A stretch of DNA of 64,000 nt from Gammaproteobacteria bacterium (GTDB lineage: Bacteria; Pseudomonadota; Gammaproteobacteria; Eutrophobiales; Eutrophobiaceae), in contig CAXMWX010000001.1 in the NCBI GenBank assembly GCA_963422205.2, positions 448,001-512,000 on the forward strand. Reading direction: 5' to 3'. The position numbers were made by a program, and so were the translations under genes. This document shows, one piece after another, positions 62,523-64,000 of this stretch (the stretch's first letter is position 1; every line of letters begins with the position of its first letter). Below the pieces are notes generated by a model. The model had not been told where the DNA came from and did not search any database. It saw only the letters and a list, made by a program, of their open reading frames with translations.

Positions 62523-64000
62523 TCACTGGCAGGCATCGCAGTCAGAGGCGTTGATGGTGCATTGCCCCAGCGTGGATTGCATTGACTCGCCTGCCGTATT
62601 GCGTGCTACGGCGGCCAGCTTATTGCCCCGGGCATCATCGCTCAGGGTGCTTTTCTCTACGTGGGTGGCCCCCATGCTGCGTAGGTAATACGTGGTCTTC
62701 AGGCCACGTATCCAGGCGAGTTTGTACAGCGTGTCCATTTTTCTCCCATCCGGTGCGGCCATGTACAGGTTTAATGACTGTGCCTGATCGATCCACTTCT
62801 GCCGCCGTGAGCCGGCCTCAACCAGCCAGCGCGGATCGATCTCAAACGCTGTGGCATAGAGGGATTTCAGATCCTCCGGGATACGATCGATCTCCTGTGC
62901 GCTGCCATCAAAATATTTCAGATCGCTGACCATGACCTCATCCCAGAGCCCGCGTGCCTTTAAATCCTGCACCAGATACGGGTTCACCACGGTAAACTCG
63001 CCGGACAAGTTGGATTTGACGAACAGGTTTTGGTAGGTCGGCTCAATGGACTGGCTGACACCACAAATATTGGAGATGGTCGCTGTCGGGGCAATCGCCA
63101 TACAGTTCGAGTTACGCATCCCCGCTTTCTGCACCCGGCGGCGCAATGCGTCCCAATCCAGGCGCTGGCTGGTGTCCACATCCAGATAACCACAACGGCT
63201 CTTCGCCAGCAGTTGCAACGAATCAACCGGCAGTATCCCCTGGCTCCAGAGTGAGCCTTCAAAGCTGGAATATGGCCCGCGCTCCTCGGCCAACCTGGTC
63301 GATGCGCTGATGGCATAGTAACTGATGACCTCCATGCTGTGATCGGCAAACCTGACTGCCTCCTCCGAGGCATAGGCGATACGCAGCTTGTACAGCGCAT
63401 CCTGAAAACCCATGATCCCTAAGCCCACGGGGCGATGCTTGAGGTTGGAACGGCGCGCCTGTGGTACGCTGTAGTAGTTGTAATCAATGACGTTATCGAG
63501 CATACGCATGGCCGTGCTGATGGTCTGCTCCAGCCTGGCCTCATTCAGGCCGTCCTCATCCACATGCTGTGCCAGGTTGATCGAGCCGAGGTTACACACG
63601 GCAATCTCATCATCGGAGGTGTTCAAGGTGATCTCCGTGCACAGGTTGGACGAATGCACCACGCCAGCATGTTGCTGTGGCGAGCGCAGGTTGCACGGGT
63701 CCTTAAAAGTGAACCACGGATGACCGGTTTCATACAGCATGGATAACATGCGCCGCCACAGGTCGGTCGCCCGGACGGTTTTGAAATTGCGAATCTTGCC
63801 CTCTGCCGCCAGATGCTCATACTCCACATATCGCCGGTCGAACGCAAGGCCGTACAACTCGTGCAGATCAGGCACCTCATCCGGTGAGAACAGCGTCCAG
63901 TTATCCTCTTCGGCCACCCGCCGCATGAACATATCCGGAATCCAGTTGGCGGTATTCATGTCATGGGTACGGCGGCGATCATCGCCCGTGTTTTTACGTA
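62523..64000 (-). CDS. nrdA: Ribonucleotide reductase alpha subunit (5' part outside window)
   Basis: [30 protein letters not shown]-terminal CDACQ. Confidence 0.97.
   Translation of the reverse strand, partial: RKNTGDDRRRTHDMNTANWIPDMFMRRVAEEDNWTLFSPDEVPDLHELYGLAFDRRYVEYEHLAAEGKIRNFKTVRATDLWRRMLSMLYETGHPWFTFKDPCNLRSPQQHAGVVHSSNLCTEITLNTSDDEIAVCNLGSINLAQHVDEDGLNEARLEQTISTAMRMLDNVIDYNYYSVPQARRSNLKHRPVGLGIMGFQDALYKLRIAYASEEAVRFADHSMEVISYYAISASTRLAEERGPYSSFEGSLWSQGILPVDSLQLLAKSRCGYLDVDTSQRLDWDALRRRVQKAGMRNSNCMAIAPTATISNICGVSQSIEPTYQNLFVKSNLSGEFTVVNPYLVQDLKARGLWDEVMVSDLKYFDGSAQEIDRIPEDLKSLYATAFEIDPRWLVEAGSRRQKWIDQAQSLNLYMAAPDGRKMDTLYKLAWIRGLKTTYYLRSMGATHVEKSTLSDDARGNKLAAVARNTAGESMQSTLGQCTINASDCDACQ

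Overview
Bacterial chromosomal window, most likely gammaproteobacterial (inferred from gene order and protein style). It begins with rimP-nusA-infB-rbfA-truB-rpsO-pnp. A small accessory island follows (8.4-12.3 kb): an AT-rich gene frameshifted by a 14-bp duplication, a dead IS481-family element carrying five 23-27 bp palindromic micro-insertions, and tandem DUF1640/CCDC90 genes. Next come iorAB, ATPase-metA, the rpsP operon, xerD, dsbC and LPS genes. A ~30 kb methylotrophy cluster (29.3-59.3 kb) holds a lanthanide-type XoxF followed by a cupredoxin (not a cytochrome) and xoxJ, plus H4MPT/methanofuran genes. It also holds one 16-kb minus-strand run with two formyl-methanofuran complexes. One is an apparently catalytically intact archaeal-type Fwd (fwdD-B-A-ftr-C) followed by ferredoxin and ferredoxin-NADP reductase. 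The other is the usual bacterial Fhc (fhcB-A-D-C) followed by an NAD-linked formate dehydrogenase. A type II R-M pair and nrdB-nrdA end the window. Best candidates for new biology: the dual Fwd/Fhc architecture, the xoxF-cupredoxin-xoxJ module, and the repeat-peppered transposase. All calls come from motif recognition by eye; no searches were run. No tRNA, rRNA or CRISPR array was seen.
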